DNA from: Acidobacteriota bacterium | Lineage (GTDB): Bacteria; Acidobacteriota; UBA6911 | Direction of reading: 5' to 3' | Assembly: GCA_963664705.1 (NCBI GenBank) | Contig: OY761556.1 | Coordinates: 4,128,001-4,192,000, forward strand | Length of the DNA stretch: 64,000 nucleotides | Shown: positions 48,986 through 58,169 of the stretch, in pieces | Layout of the letters: every line of letters begins with the position of its first letter | Position numbering within the stretch: the first letter of the stretch is position 1 | Made by a program: the position numbers and the translations under genes | The notes under the pieces: generated by a model | What the model saw: the letters and a program-made list of their open reading frames with translations, nothing else | What the model was told of the DNA's origin: nothing | Databases searched by the model: none

Positions 48986-49265
48986 GATCGGTCTCCTCAT
49001 GTTTTATGGCTCTGCAGCTTCGTCACCACGACTTCAGCTGTAACCCACGATATTACATGCTAGAGACCGATCACTCCATTATGTCTACTTGCTTTCGGCC
49101 CTCCGGGGGTGGTGCCTCGCTCGCGTCGCAGAGCTCAGAACAATTATGCGCAGCAGTGCAGCACAATCCGCACCCGGAGCCCTCAACGGTTACGACCCTT
49201 TTGGGAAATGCGCGCTGGAAGCACCACCGTCCCGGCTGATGCTGCATACCATTTTGCAATCAAAT

Positions 49266-49360
49266 CAGCGCCGGAGGCGCGGCAGATTGTAGCCAGGGGT
49301 GAGCGCAGCGAACCCCTGGAATAAGATCAGGAAAGACGGAGCCCCGGGCAGGGGCGAAAG
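49266..49360. repeat. Intact GTAG-type REP-like element
   Basis: cagcgccggaggcgcg-N-GTAGCCAGGGGTGAGCGCAGCGAACCCCTGG…agccccgggcaggggcgaaag, near-identical core to 13305-13335. Confidence 0.88.
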
Positions 49361-49455
49361 AACGGCAATGGCAACTAAGTTCATGGCATTGGGCATGGCG
49401 TTGCGGGCTTAGAGGTGTTTTCAATTCCGTTAAGGTAATGTATAAATAGTCGCGT

Positions 49456-49764
49456 ATGCATACAGACTTCAGATGGGGTTTTATCTTCCTGACCGGCAAA
49501 TCAGACCTGTCCCACGAGGAAAGGCACAAAGTCGTCAGCATTGCCGCAGACATGTATTTTGGCGGGGCAAAGGAACGGCAGATCTCCCTTGATGGATATC
49601 GCGGACTGATCTCTACCAAAGGCGAATGGTCGGCTCTCGGCTGTTTTTCCGGCCAGGTGTTTTATGCCGAAATCTGGCCTGAAGACGGCGCCGAGAAAAC
49701 AAACCTGAGCTTTCTCATCAGCGAACAGACGTATGGAACCGGAAGCACCTATTCCATGAACTGA
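49456..49764 (+). CDS. Hypothetical protein
   Basis: 102-aa ORF with coding-like composition; no recognised motif. Confidence 0.55.
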   Translation: MHTDFRWGFIFLTGKSDLSHEERHKVVSIAADMYFGGAKERQISLDGYRGLISTKGEWSALGCFSGQVFYAEIWPEDGAEKTNLSFLISEQTYGTGSTYSMN

Positions 49765-49841
49765 GCACTCGGTAATATTTCTCAACCGAACCGGGAATCT
49801 CAACGTAAAACTTACAAGCAACTATTCACATGGAGAAAGCC

Positions 49842-50192
49842 ATGAAAGGAAAAGCTACGCCTGTGTTCCTTGTTCTTTCTACGGTCTTAGCCCTGTCCTT
49901 ATATGTTTCCGCGCAGGTTCAACAGAATACCGACACGCAGCAGTACCGAAAGGCACGAGAAGCCTATGAAAAGCTCCTGGCCAGCTATTCCTCCGGGGAT
50001 GGCCCTTATGCTCCAGGAAAAGGAGCCAAAGCCCCCGTTTCCCTCTGCGTGGGGCCGGTCATGGCAACCGATGGAACACCAAAGTGCCTGTATCAAGCAC
50101 TCCCTGCGTCGGGAAAACTGCGGATTGAAATGCTGAATGGCTCTGTTCAGGAGATATTCGTGAACCAGATCAAGCAGATTACGGTGGAGTAA
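49842..50192 (+). CDS. Small secreted hypothetical protein
   Basis: GGAG RBS, signal peptide ending VSA-Q, two Cys. Confidence 0.7.
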   Translation: MKGKATPVFLVLSTVLALSLYVSAQVQQNTDTQQYRKAREAYEKLLASYSSGDGPYAPGKGAKAPVSLCVGPVMATDGTPKCLYQALPASGKLRIEMLNGSVQEIFVNQIKQITVE

Positions 50193-50300
50193 TGAGGGCA
50201 AACGGAGCCAAGCCCGGGCTGACTCCCCGATCCCGGATACAACCTGCCGCGGACGCGCGCGGATTGGATCTCCAACCCGCACACATCAACGGTTTTTATT

Positions 50301-52676
50301 TTATGCTTTACCGAGAGCTTTCAAAACCCTATCCGGCGTGGCCGGCGATTCCACCCACTTGCCGATGGCGTTGTGGATGGCCATGATAACCAGATGCGTG
50401 TTCGCCAGGGAATGGCTGATGCCGCTGCCGCCGTAGCAGGCATTGCTGGCGCGCGTTTCCAGAAGCTCCAGGTCCACACGGGGCATGTCCAGCATGCTGA
50501 CCTTTTTATATTCAAACATGTTTGTGCTGAGCCGCAGGCCGGTCTTTGCATCGAAAACAAATTCTTCCTGCAACTGGCACCCCTTGGTGAAATCCATCAC
50601 CTGATCGATCTGGCTTTCCAGCGATGTCCGCCGCATGATCTTTCCGGGATCCGCAACGACTCCAAACCTGAGGATTTCCACTTCTCCCGTTTCGGTGTCG
50701 ACTGCAACCTCGCACGTAGCCACATTCATGGCATCCAGAACTTTTCCCCTTTGAGACCAGACAGCTTGCGGAGGTCTTCCCGCATAGGTTGCGAACAGAT
50801 TCGCCTGGACGGCGCGCGCCAGCGGCAGGCCCTTGCTTGGATCGGCTTTGACAATCACCTTGCCGCCCTGCATATCGAGGTCCTCAGGCTTCAGGCCCTT
50901 GAATGGATTGGGAGCCTGTTTGGCGCCGGGACCCATGCCAAAGCCGGCGGGAGCGGGAGGATTGTTTGCCTCCTCGATGGCAGTTTCCAGGATCAGCTTC
51001 TTCAGTTTGTTGGCGCACTCTTTGACCGCCCAGGAAGATGCCGTGGATCCGTCACTGCCACCGCCAAACGGCCGGTAGATTTCGTGGTGATCCAGATCAA
51101 TGCGGATATCCTTGAACTCCAGGCCAAGTTCCTCCGCCACGACCATGGCATTGGCTTCCAGGCCATAGTGGCCGATGATGGGACCCTTGGAGGGCAGGTG
51201 CACGATGCCGTTGCGGAGTTCGAGTTTGGGGTTGTATCCCGATACGGAATGGCGCGGGCATTGATTGTAGCGGAAGCTGGCTCCATGCATACGGCCGTCC
51301 GGCAGCTTTTTGGCGCCCGTCTGATGCCAGTTCCAGTTCATCATCTTTTTTACAGCCGCAACGCAGGCCTCATAGCTGGGTACGGGATTCGTGTCGGTCT
51401 GAGATGTCGGCCCGTGCAGATTCAGCGTCGCGATTTCGATCGGATCTTTGCCGAGCTTTTCGGCAATCAGATAGATGCCAACCATCAGTGTATCCCAGCC
51501 CATGGGATTGTGCTGGCCGCTGACATACATCATTCCTGTGTTGCTGTCCACGACCTCCATGCTCTGTTTGACGTTCAGGCACTTGGTGGTGAAATAGGGC
51601 CCGTAGGTCTGATCCATCGTATTCCCGAACATCGAGCTTCCACGAATCCCACCATCCGCAATTGAAAAATCTTCTATGGCGGTAATCAGGCCGTTGCTTT
51701 TGAATCCAATCTTCATATGCACGTAACGCTGACACAGGTTGAAATCGTACATATCCGCCCTGGTGTTGACGCATCGAACGGGTCGGCCGGCTCTTTTGGC
51801 GAGCAGCGGAGTGATCTGCTGCGATTTGCGGATGCCCCAGTCACAGTACCGGCCGCCTACGAACATGCAGTTCTGGAAAACCTTGTCGGGCGACACGCGG
51901 TTCATGCCGGCAACCTGATCATGTCCCCAGGGAACCCCTTCTATCTGGAGGCTTTTGCCTTCTCCGTGCAGAGGATCATCGAACCACCAGGCAACGGTGC
52001 CCAGAGGATTGGGGATATGACCGGCAAAGGCGGAGGTGTTCACGTCATATTCGAGGATGTGGTCCGCTTCCTTGAAACCCTTTTCGACATCGCCGTCATT
52101 GGTATTGGAATAACTGACATTGCCTTTCTTGGGAGGATTATTGCCTCCGCCCATTCCAAATCCACCGCCACCTTTCCCGGCCGGCGAAGGCGGTCGGATG
52201 ACCGGCGCATCCCCGGTTCGTCCTTTGCGCAGGTCCACAACAAAGGGCAACTCTTCCCATTCCACAACGAGCGCCCGCAGCGCCTCATCGCAGATATCTG
52301 GATTTTCTGCCACGACGATAACGCCCACTTCGGCCCCTTCCTGATCGGCCAGATTGTCCAGGAAGGCCTGGCTGGGTCCCATGAAAAAGCCGCCGTCGCC
52401 ACCGCTGCTCAGTTTCTTCATGTCCTCGTCTTCCCAGGTAACAATATCCACAACGCCTGGAACGGCTTTGGCTTTTGTGATGTCGAGACTCTTGATGCGC
52501 GCGTTCGCATAAGGACTGCGGAGAAACTTGGCGTGAAGCATGTCTGGAACGGCATAGTCAATTCCGAATCTTGCAGCACCCGTTGCCTGCGACCAGGACA
52601 GGACTCCCGGAAGGTTCGGCTTTCCGACAACCCTGAAATCTTTTCTGGTTCCGTTTACTCCAGCTAAATCAGCCAT
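50301..52676 (-). CDS. Xanthine dehydrogenase/aldehyde oxidoreductase family molybdopterin-binding subunit
   Basis: FRVVGK, ATGAARF..D, LRSPYANARI, GDVEKGF.EAD, IAEKLG.DP, EVAVDTETGEV, D.GK, AIHNAIG, PATPDRVLKAL. Confidence 0.92.
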   Translation of the reverse strand: MADLAGVNGTRKDFRVVGKPNLPGVLSWSQATGAARFGIDYAVPDMLHAKFLRSPYANARIKSLDITKAKAVPGVVDIVTWEDEDMKKLSSGGDGGFFMGPSQAFLDNLADQEGAEVGVIVVAENPDICDEALRALVVEWEELPFVVDLRKGRTGDAPVIRPPSPAGKGGGGFGMGGGNNPPKKGNVSYSNTNDGDVEKGFKEADHILEYDVNTSAFAGHIPNPLGTVAWWFDDPLHGEGKSLQIEGVPWGHDQVAGMNRVSPDKVFQNCMFVGGRYCDWGIRKSQQITPLLAKRAGRPVRCVNTRADMYDFNLCQRYVHMKIGFKSNGLITAIEDFSIADGGIRGSSMFGNTMDQTYGPYFTTKCLNVKQSMEVVDSNTGMMYVSGQHNPMGWDTLMVGIYLIAEKLGKDPIEIATLNLHGPTSQTDTNPVPSYEACVAAVKKMMNWNWHQTGAKKLPDGRMHGASFRYNQCPRHSVSGYNPKLELRNGIVHLPSKGPIIGHYGLEANAMVVAEELGLEFKDIRIDLDHHEIYRPFGGGSDGSTASSWAVKECANKLKKLILETAIEEANNPPAPAGFGMGPGAKQAPNPFKGLKPEDLDMQGGKVIVKADPSKGLPLARAVQANLFATYAGRPPQAVWSQRGKVLDAMNVATCEVAVDTETGEVEILRFGVVADPGKIMRRTSLESQIDQVMDFTKGCQLQEEFVFDAKTGLRLSTNMFEYKKVSMLDMPRVDLELLETRASNACYGGSGISHSLANTHLVIMAIHNAIGKWVESPATPDRVLKALGKA

Positions 52677-52800
52677 GACACAAATTTCCTTTCATTATCC
52701 TGGAAGGATTGCGGGACTGCACTCTCCAGTTAAATAGGTCCCCATTTGAATACTCGTCCATCAAAAACATTCACTGAGTCTGCCAGAACTTGAGGGATAG

Positions 52801-53445
52801 TCACTTCTTTTTTTTCATGGCCTCGGCGAGCATAAGCGCAAGCTGCTCCGTGCCATCTTTGTCCTTGGATTTAAGCGCCATGTAGGGGCAGATGCCGGAA
52901 GTAAGGATGAGTCCGTCCACCACAACTCCGGTCCCTGCAAATGTTGCTCCGTCAAAATAGGAGCTTTTTTCTTCCATGGCGTAGGCATATTTCTTCCCCT
53001 TTAGAAGCCCTGCTTCCGCCAGAGTCCAAAGCGACCCGGTTTGCGCGGCAACCGGCCGGCCTGCGGCTACGGCATTCTTAACCAGAGTGATTGCCTCTGC
53101 AGACACCTCCGGCGGTGCAGGATAGGATGGCACCGCCAGGCATGGCAGGATGAATCCCGCGTATTCGGTTACTTTCACATCCGCCAGCCTGGTATCGACC
53201 TTCACCGTTGTAGACCCTGCAGCAACAGGGGAACCATCAAGGGTGGCAACAATAACCTTATACCCGGACTTTTCCAACGTATCCTTCATCACCCCGGCTT
53301 CCTTCTTGAGCATATATTCCAGGTCGCCGGATTTTTGCGCATTTCGCATGAATAGCAAAACTTTGGGAGCATTCTGCGCATATACATTCGAAAGGACGAA
53401 ACTGCACGCCATCGTCGCGATGATAGCAACTACAATCCGTTTCAT
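52801..53445 (-). CDS. Secreted DJ-1/PfpI-family protein
   Basis: Signal peptide; GRPVAAQ…LAEAGLLKGKK…GVVVDG.ILTS. Confidence 0.8.
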   Translation of the reverse strand: MKRIVVAIIATMACSFVLSNVYAQNAPKVLLFMRNAQKSGDLEYMLKKEAGVMKDTLEKSGYKVIVATLDGSPVAAGSTTVKVDTRLADVKVTEYAGFILPCLAVPSYPAPPEVSAEAITLVKNAVAAGRPVAAQTGSLWTLAEAGLLKGKKYAYAMEEKSSYFDGATFAGTGVVVDGLILTSGICPYMALKSKDKDGTEQLALMLAEAMKKKK

Positions 53446-53732
53446 TCGGGTTTCTCCTTTGAAACAGGTTTGCCTTCTTCCCGTCATTGCAACGCCAACA
53501 GGGCATTGCAAGCCGTTCTTTGTCCATCCTTGCTGATCATGATGCAATTCATCTTGATCATGAAAACCACATGGTGTGGAATGGGACGACTGGTGCGCAA
53601 AATATGCCTGCCAGTCTTTCCCTATACTACCTTATTTCGGCTATAGAAAAATGGGATACGCAAATAGCGAGCATTGGAGGTCGCATGGGCTTTCCCAAAA
53701 CACCAAAAACCACCGGAAAGAAGGAGGATCTC

Positions 53733-54473
53733 ATGGTTACCATGGAGGAATTCAATAGATACGGTGAAGAACTGGAATATTCACTTATGCTTCGAACCTC
53801 TCCGATTGCAGTAAAGATGCTGGAGAAGGAGTCGGATATTCCCAAAGAAGCGATACGGCCGAAAAGAGATCGCAACCAACACATAGCCCAATGCCAGGCT
53901 TTTGCCTTATCGCGGCGCGAAGGGGCAACCGTAGCCATGTTGCGGGAGGATCATTGGTGTCCGGCAGCTCCCATAGCCTATGGTCTGGTAAAAAAACCCG
54001 AATCCGTTCAGATACAGAGCCATCCTTACGATTGTTTTGAATACGGCAAGTATACGGGAATCGTTACGGCCCCTTTGAAAAAAGCCACCTATATTCCCGA
54101 TGTCGTCATTCTGTGGGCAAAACCTGGCCAGTTAAGAGCGCTGCTGCTCTCGATGAAAATTGAGGATGTGCCGCAGGTGGGCGGGCACTTCTTTCCTCCA
54201 TCCTGTGCATGGGCGGTGGTGAACCCAATGACATCGGGCAAATATTGGGTCGTTCTGCCGGACCCCGGGGAATATCAGCGCGCGCTCACTGAAGAAGGGG
54301 ATATGATGTTTTCGATACCACAGAGCCGAATGCAAACCATGATGGCAGGGTTGAAAGCCAATGAACATGGCCCATTCGCCTATAGGGAACATTCCATGTT
54401 CATGCAGCCGGATTTCGAACAGCCCCAGTTTTATAAGGACATGTTTAAATGCTGGGAACTGGATTCGAAATAG
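53733..54473 (+). CDS. DUF169-domain protein
   Basis: AAGGAGG RBS; LRTSPIAVK, CQA…RR.G, C, APL…PDVV…P.Q. Confidence 0.85.
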   Translation: MVTMEEFNRYGEELEYSLMLRTSPIAVKMLEKESDIPKEAIRPKRDRNQHIAQCQAFALSRREGATVAMLREDHWCPAAPIAYGLVKKPESVQIQSHPYDCFEYGKYTGIVTAPLKKATYIPDVVILWAKPGQLRALLLSMKIEDVPQVGGHFFPPSCAWAVVNPMTSGKYWVVLPDPGEYQRALTEEGDMMFSIPQSRMQTMMAGLKANEHGPFAYREHSMFMQPDFEQPQFYKDMFKCWELDSK

Positions 54474-54537
54474 CCGTGTTCCTGATTGTAGTTGCGCGAA
54501 CCCGCGCATGAACAGATAGAAACTCTCACAAGAAGAC

Positions 54538-55644
54538 TCATCGCTTTCGATATTTCTGCCCGGTGGTCTCGAATCCGCCCGGAATGAATTTGCCCGTCTC
54601 GGCTTGCGGGGACCAGCTTAGGGAGATTCTGATCAAGTTTTCTTCCTTCTGACGGGACGCTTCAAGATAGGATGCCGGCTGATATTCGACCTCACCGGTT
54701 TCATCCAGCTTGATATTGCGCAGCACACGGACGTGCCGTTGTCCGGCATCGTCGACAGTCTCCTTACCCATCAGCCGCTCATTTTCCAGCCAAAACTCGA
54801 CCGTGCTATGTTGGCGCGCGTTTGGACCGGATAGCTCATAGACGCCCACACAGTCCTTCAACGTAATTCCGGAACTGCCGTTCTTCCAGGGCGCGCGCCT
54901 GTAGGGTAGGACTTGCAGCTTGCCCGGTTCCAGGTTTGCCGTTGTCGCGAACTTCCGCAATTCGTCGATGACAAAGGACGATCGTGCGGTTACGGAATAG
55001 GAATGTCCGTCCTTCAACCCGAACTCAACCGCGTAATCATTGCTGCTGCGAGAATGATGTCGCTCCGTGACAACAATGGCCGCCACGTCGCCGCCTGAAA
55101 ACTCCGCCACTTTGCCCTTTACCGCGTGGTGGAGTTCCCATCGCCCATGACCCAGATCATCGATTCGCTGAAACCCGTCCAGCAGACCTAGCAGCAGCAC
55201 CACGCCCCCCGCGATAAGAGCGATGCCGATGATGGGGACAAGCCAGTCGTATTTGGGCTTATTCTGAAGCGGCTCGTTTGCGGGATGTTCCGGACGTCGT
55301 TTCGGGATGAGGAAGATCACGCCTAATCCAATCATCAGGCCTGTCCAGGCCCAGAGCACCGATGACGTCGTCAGATTCGAGGGCTGGATTGCAAAGCTCA
55401 GTCCGGGCGGAGCGGTCATCGCCTTGATTCCGACAAACAGGAGTTTTGGCCCCAGTGCCATTGTGCCCAGTATCCATCGCGTACTGGAGTTAAATGACGA
55501 GCGCCGGAGCATGAAGATTCCGACAATTGCCAACAACCAGCCCAAGCCGGGAACGAAGAGAGCCAGAATGCACATCACGGCCGCAGCCAGGGAACGTCCA
55601 TTGTTCCGGGAGGCCGGAACCGCAGGTGTTGTTTGTGTTTGCAT
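54538..55644 (-). CDS. Hypothetical membrane protein
   Basis: About four TM segments followed by a soluble domain; start uncertain. Confidence 0.7.
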   Translation of the reverse strand: MQTQTTPAVPASRNNGRSLAAAVMCILALFVPGLGWLLAIVGIFMLRRSSFNSSTRWILGTMALGPKLLFVGIKAMTAPPGLSFAIQPSNLTTSSVLWAWTGLMIGLGVIFLIPKRRPEHPANEPLQNKPKYDWLVPIIGIALIAGGVVLLLGLLDGFQRIDDLGHGRWELHHAVKGKVAEFSGGDVAAIVVTERHHSRSSNDYAVEFGLKDGHSYSVTARSSFVIDELRKFATTANLEPGKLQVLPYRRAPWKNGSSGITLKDCVGVYELSGPNARQHSTVEFWLENERLMGKETVDDAGQRHVRVLRNIKLDETGEVEYQPASYLEASRQKEENLIRISLSWSPQAETGKFIPGGFETTGQKYRKR

Positions 55645-55891
55645 TCCAGGATCATGCCATATCATGACACCGGATTGGCAGAAATTTATGGCTAAATGAG
55701 CCGGGCGGAATCCGTCAGGACTAATCAAAAAAATGCCGGCAGGCTCACCACATTCAACTATCGTGACAGGCTGCATCCGATGTAACCTCGATAGGCTCGA
55801 CGTGCAGGCTGGAAACGCATTAGCCACCCGGCAAAATCAATGCGGCTTGCGCTCGAATGCACGACAGGCGGAGAAGAGCGGGGACCCTTTC

Positions 55892-57403
55892 ATGACACGT
55901 GTACTGATCATCAACCCTCCGGCACCCGAGCGGTTGGATGCGCCCCTTCTCAGCCTTCACTATATAGCCGCCGCTCTGCTGGCTCGAGGCTGCGAGGTGC
56001 GGATCATCGATGCTGCGGCCCGGCATTTCTTTCACGACTCGGACTGGATCCTGTCTGAGACCGAAGGTTTTTCACCGGAGATCATAGCCTTCGGGCTGTA
56101 TACAAGACGAGTTCGGGAAAGCTACCGGCTGGCCGAGCGCTTTGCCGGAAGATTTCCACTCCTGGTTGCAGGCGGGCCACATGCTTCCGCCCGCCCTGAC
56201 GAACCCCTCTGCCATGGCTTTGATCTGGTGGTCCTGGGCGAGGCGGAGGAAAGCATGGTGCAGGTAGTGGACTGGGTTGAGGGGCAAAGGCCGCTTGAGT
56301 CGATCCACGGCATCCGATACCGGGATGCGGGAGGTCTGCTCTGCGGCGATGCCACGCCGCGCTTTATCCAGGACCTCGACGCTCTGCCTCCCGCCGCAGC
56401 AGCCAGGCGGCTGTTCGATCCGCGGGATTACGGCTTGCTGGAGACCAGCCCAATCCCGGGCAGTATCCTGACCAGCCGCGGATGTCCCGGCCGCTGTATC
56501 CACTGCACGCAACAGGTGGGCAAACGGCCGTTCGGGTACCGGTCGGCTGCGGGAGTCGTCGCCGAAATGCGCGCCCACTACGAACGGACCGGGTGTACGT
56601 TTTTTCATTTCCTGGACGATGCCCTCACGGCAGATATGTCCCGCATTCACGAACTGGCGGAGGCAATGCGCAGGGACCTCCCCTTTGAACCCGGCTGGAT
56701 TGCCACGACTCGAGTCGATCTCGTCAGTCCGAATCTACTTCGGGAAATGAGGTGCGCAGGCCTGGCCGCAATAGACTTCGGAGTCGAAAGCGGCGATGAC
56801 GAAACGCTTGCAAAGGTCAAAAAGGGATTCAAAACCGAGCAGGCATACCTCGCACTGGAGTGGGCTAAGGCGGAAGGCCTGGAGACTGTCTGCAATTTCA
56901 TGACAGGCTTTCCCGGGGAAACCCCCTCCGCTCTGGAGCGCACTCTCCGGTTCATGGAAAGGATTGCGCCTCTGGTCGATAGTTTCGGCATCCTGGGTGT
57001 GGCAGTGCCTTATCCTGGAACGCCTCTTTATGAGAATTACCATCTGGACTATGGTTTTACAGAGTGGTGGCTGCGGGAAGATTGTGGACGCTACGAGCCG
57101 GCTCCTCCTATAGAGGATTTCGACCGCTTCTACCGCTGGTACATTGATGATCCGGCGCTGGCAATGGACTACTTCCGCTATGACGAGGAGACGCGTTCGC
57201 TGATCCGGGAATGTCTTCGCTTCAAAGCCGAGCACAACCTGCGACGCATGGGCTTGCTTTTGGACCACCCGGTTTCAGCGGACGCGGAAGGTCAGCCCCT
57301 GGAATCAGGGTCAGTTTCGGAAGCATATCCGGCGGAAGCTCCGGTAATCATGGGTCCGGCGCGTCCGCTCGACGATACTGGCGAGACTGAAGCCGTCCGC
57401 TGA
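55892..57403 (+). CDS. Cobalamin-binding radical SAM protein (class B methyltransferase-like)
   Basis: VLIINPP, PL.L.YIAA, GGPHAS, GEAE, TSRGCPGRCIHC (CxxxCxxC), FLDD, GVESG, GFPGET, PYPGT. Confidence 0.92.
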   Translation: MTRVLIINPPAPERLDAPLLSLHYIAAALLARGCEVRIIDAAARHFFHDSDWILSETEGFSPEIIAFGLYTRRVRESYRLAERFAGRFPLLVAGGPHASARPDEPLCHGFDLVVLGEAEESMVQVVDWVEGQRPLESIHGIRYRDAGGLLCGDATPRFIQDLDALPPAAAARRLFDPRDYGLLETSPIPGSILTSRGCPGRCIHCTQQVGKRPFGYRSAAGVVAEMRAHYERTGCTFFHFLDDALTADMSRIHELAEAMRRDLPFEPGWIATTRVDLVSPNLLREMRCAGLAAIDFGVESGDDETLAKVKKGFKTEQAYLALEWAKAEGLETVCNFMTGFPGETPSALERTLRFMERIAPLVDSFGILGVAVPYPGTPLYENYHLDYGFTEWWLREDCGRYEPAPPIEDFDRFYRWYIDDPALAMDYFRYDEETRSLIRECLRFKAEHNLRRMGLLLDHPVSADAEGQPLESGSVSEAYPAEAPVIMGPARPLDDTGETEAVR

Positions 57404-57590
57404 GCCTGCCGGTGCCATGTTCCAATAGCAGGATGCGGACTCTGTGCTCCGGGCAATTTGGGGAGTTACGCATAGACCTGCTTGCCTGACCTTGCATTTG
57501 GGTTTATTTATTCCGTTGAAGGTCGAATCGAAAGACGGTCGGCGGTCGTATTATTAAGCGATCATCGGACGTGAATGAAAGCGAGGCATC

Positions 57591-58049
57591 ATGATATCCA
57601 TTAAGCGGCGCACGATATTTTTTCTTACGGCCATTACTTTTGCATGCACAATGGCTCACGCCGGAACACTTACCCCTACATATAGCTCCGCCATCACTCC
57701 TGGCGGTCCGGAAGGCGGCCTGGGAACAATCAAGCTGGGCGGGTCATCGGTCACCATCACGCCAACCTCCATATTAGCCGTCTCGGACAACGACGCGACA
57801 GAATCGATCGGAAGCATCGCCTGGACGCCGTCTGTCCCTATGACCATTACCTTGACCTTCAGCTATCAGATTAAGAATCCCGGAGAGAGCTTTGTACTTT
57901 ACCGGGCCGACTGGTTTAGCGATACGATCAGATATACGGACGGTACGATAAAAACCTTCAGCGAAACCTATGATATTTCGGATCAGGTGATTATTTCTTT
58001 CAAAGCAAAGGGCAGCACCGTATCGATAACCAATATTTCGGTGCAATAA
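57591..58049 (+). CDS. Small secreted hypothetical protein
   Basis: GAGG RBS, signal peptide ending AHA, Ser/Thr-rich beta content. Confidence 0.7.
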   Translation: MISIKRRTIFFLTAITFACTMAHAGTLTPTYSSAITPGGPEGGLGTIKLGGSSVTITPTSILAVSDNDATESIGSIAWTPSVPMTITLTFSYQIKNPGESFVLYRADWFSDTIRYTDGTIKTFSETYDISDQVIISFKAKGSTVSITNISVQ

Positions 58050-58169
58050 TTCCATGACCCTTCTGCCCCATGCATACGTATTGATAATAGCTATAGCGGT
58101 AAACTGCCGGTGTTCTGACGTAATGGAGCTTCGCTCCATGCCGGAAAGCGTTCTCTTTGGAGGCACTCA

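Larger units (their letters stand above)
47545..49086 (-). mobile_element. Complete IS110-family (IS1111-type) insertion sequence
   Basis: Perfect 15-bp sub-terminal IRs ATGGAGTGATCGGTC (47548-47562 / 49065-49079), CT at both junctions, long non-coding region 3' of the transposase. Confidence 0.93.

Noticed and set aside
55892-57403. Hopanoid methylase (HpnP/HpnR) or RiPP maturase
   Set aside because: Only generic B12 radical SAM motifs are visible; no precursor peptide, and no operon link to the terpene genes.
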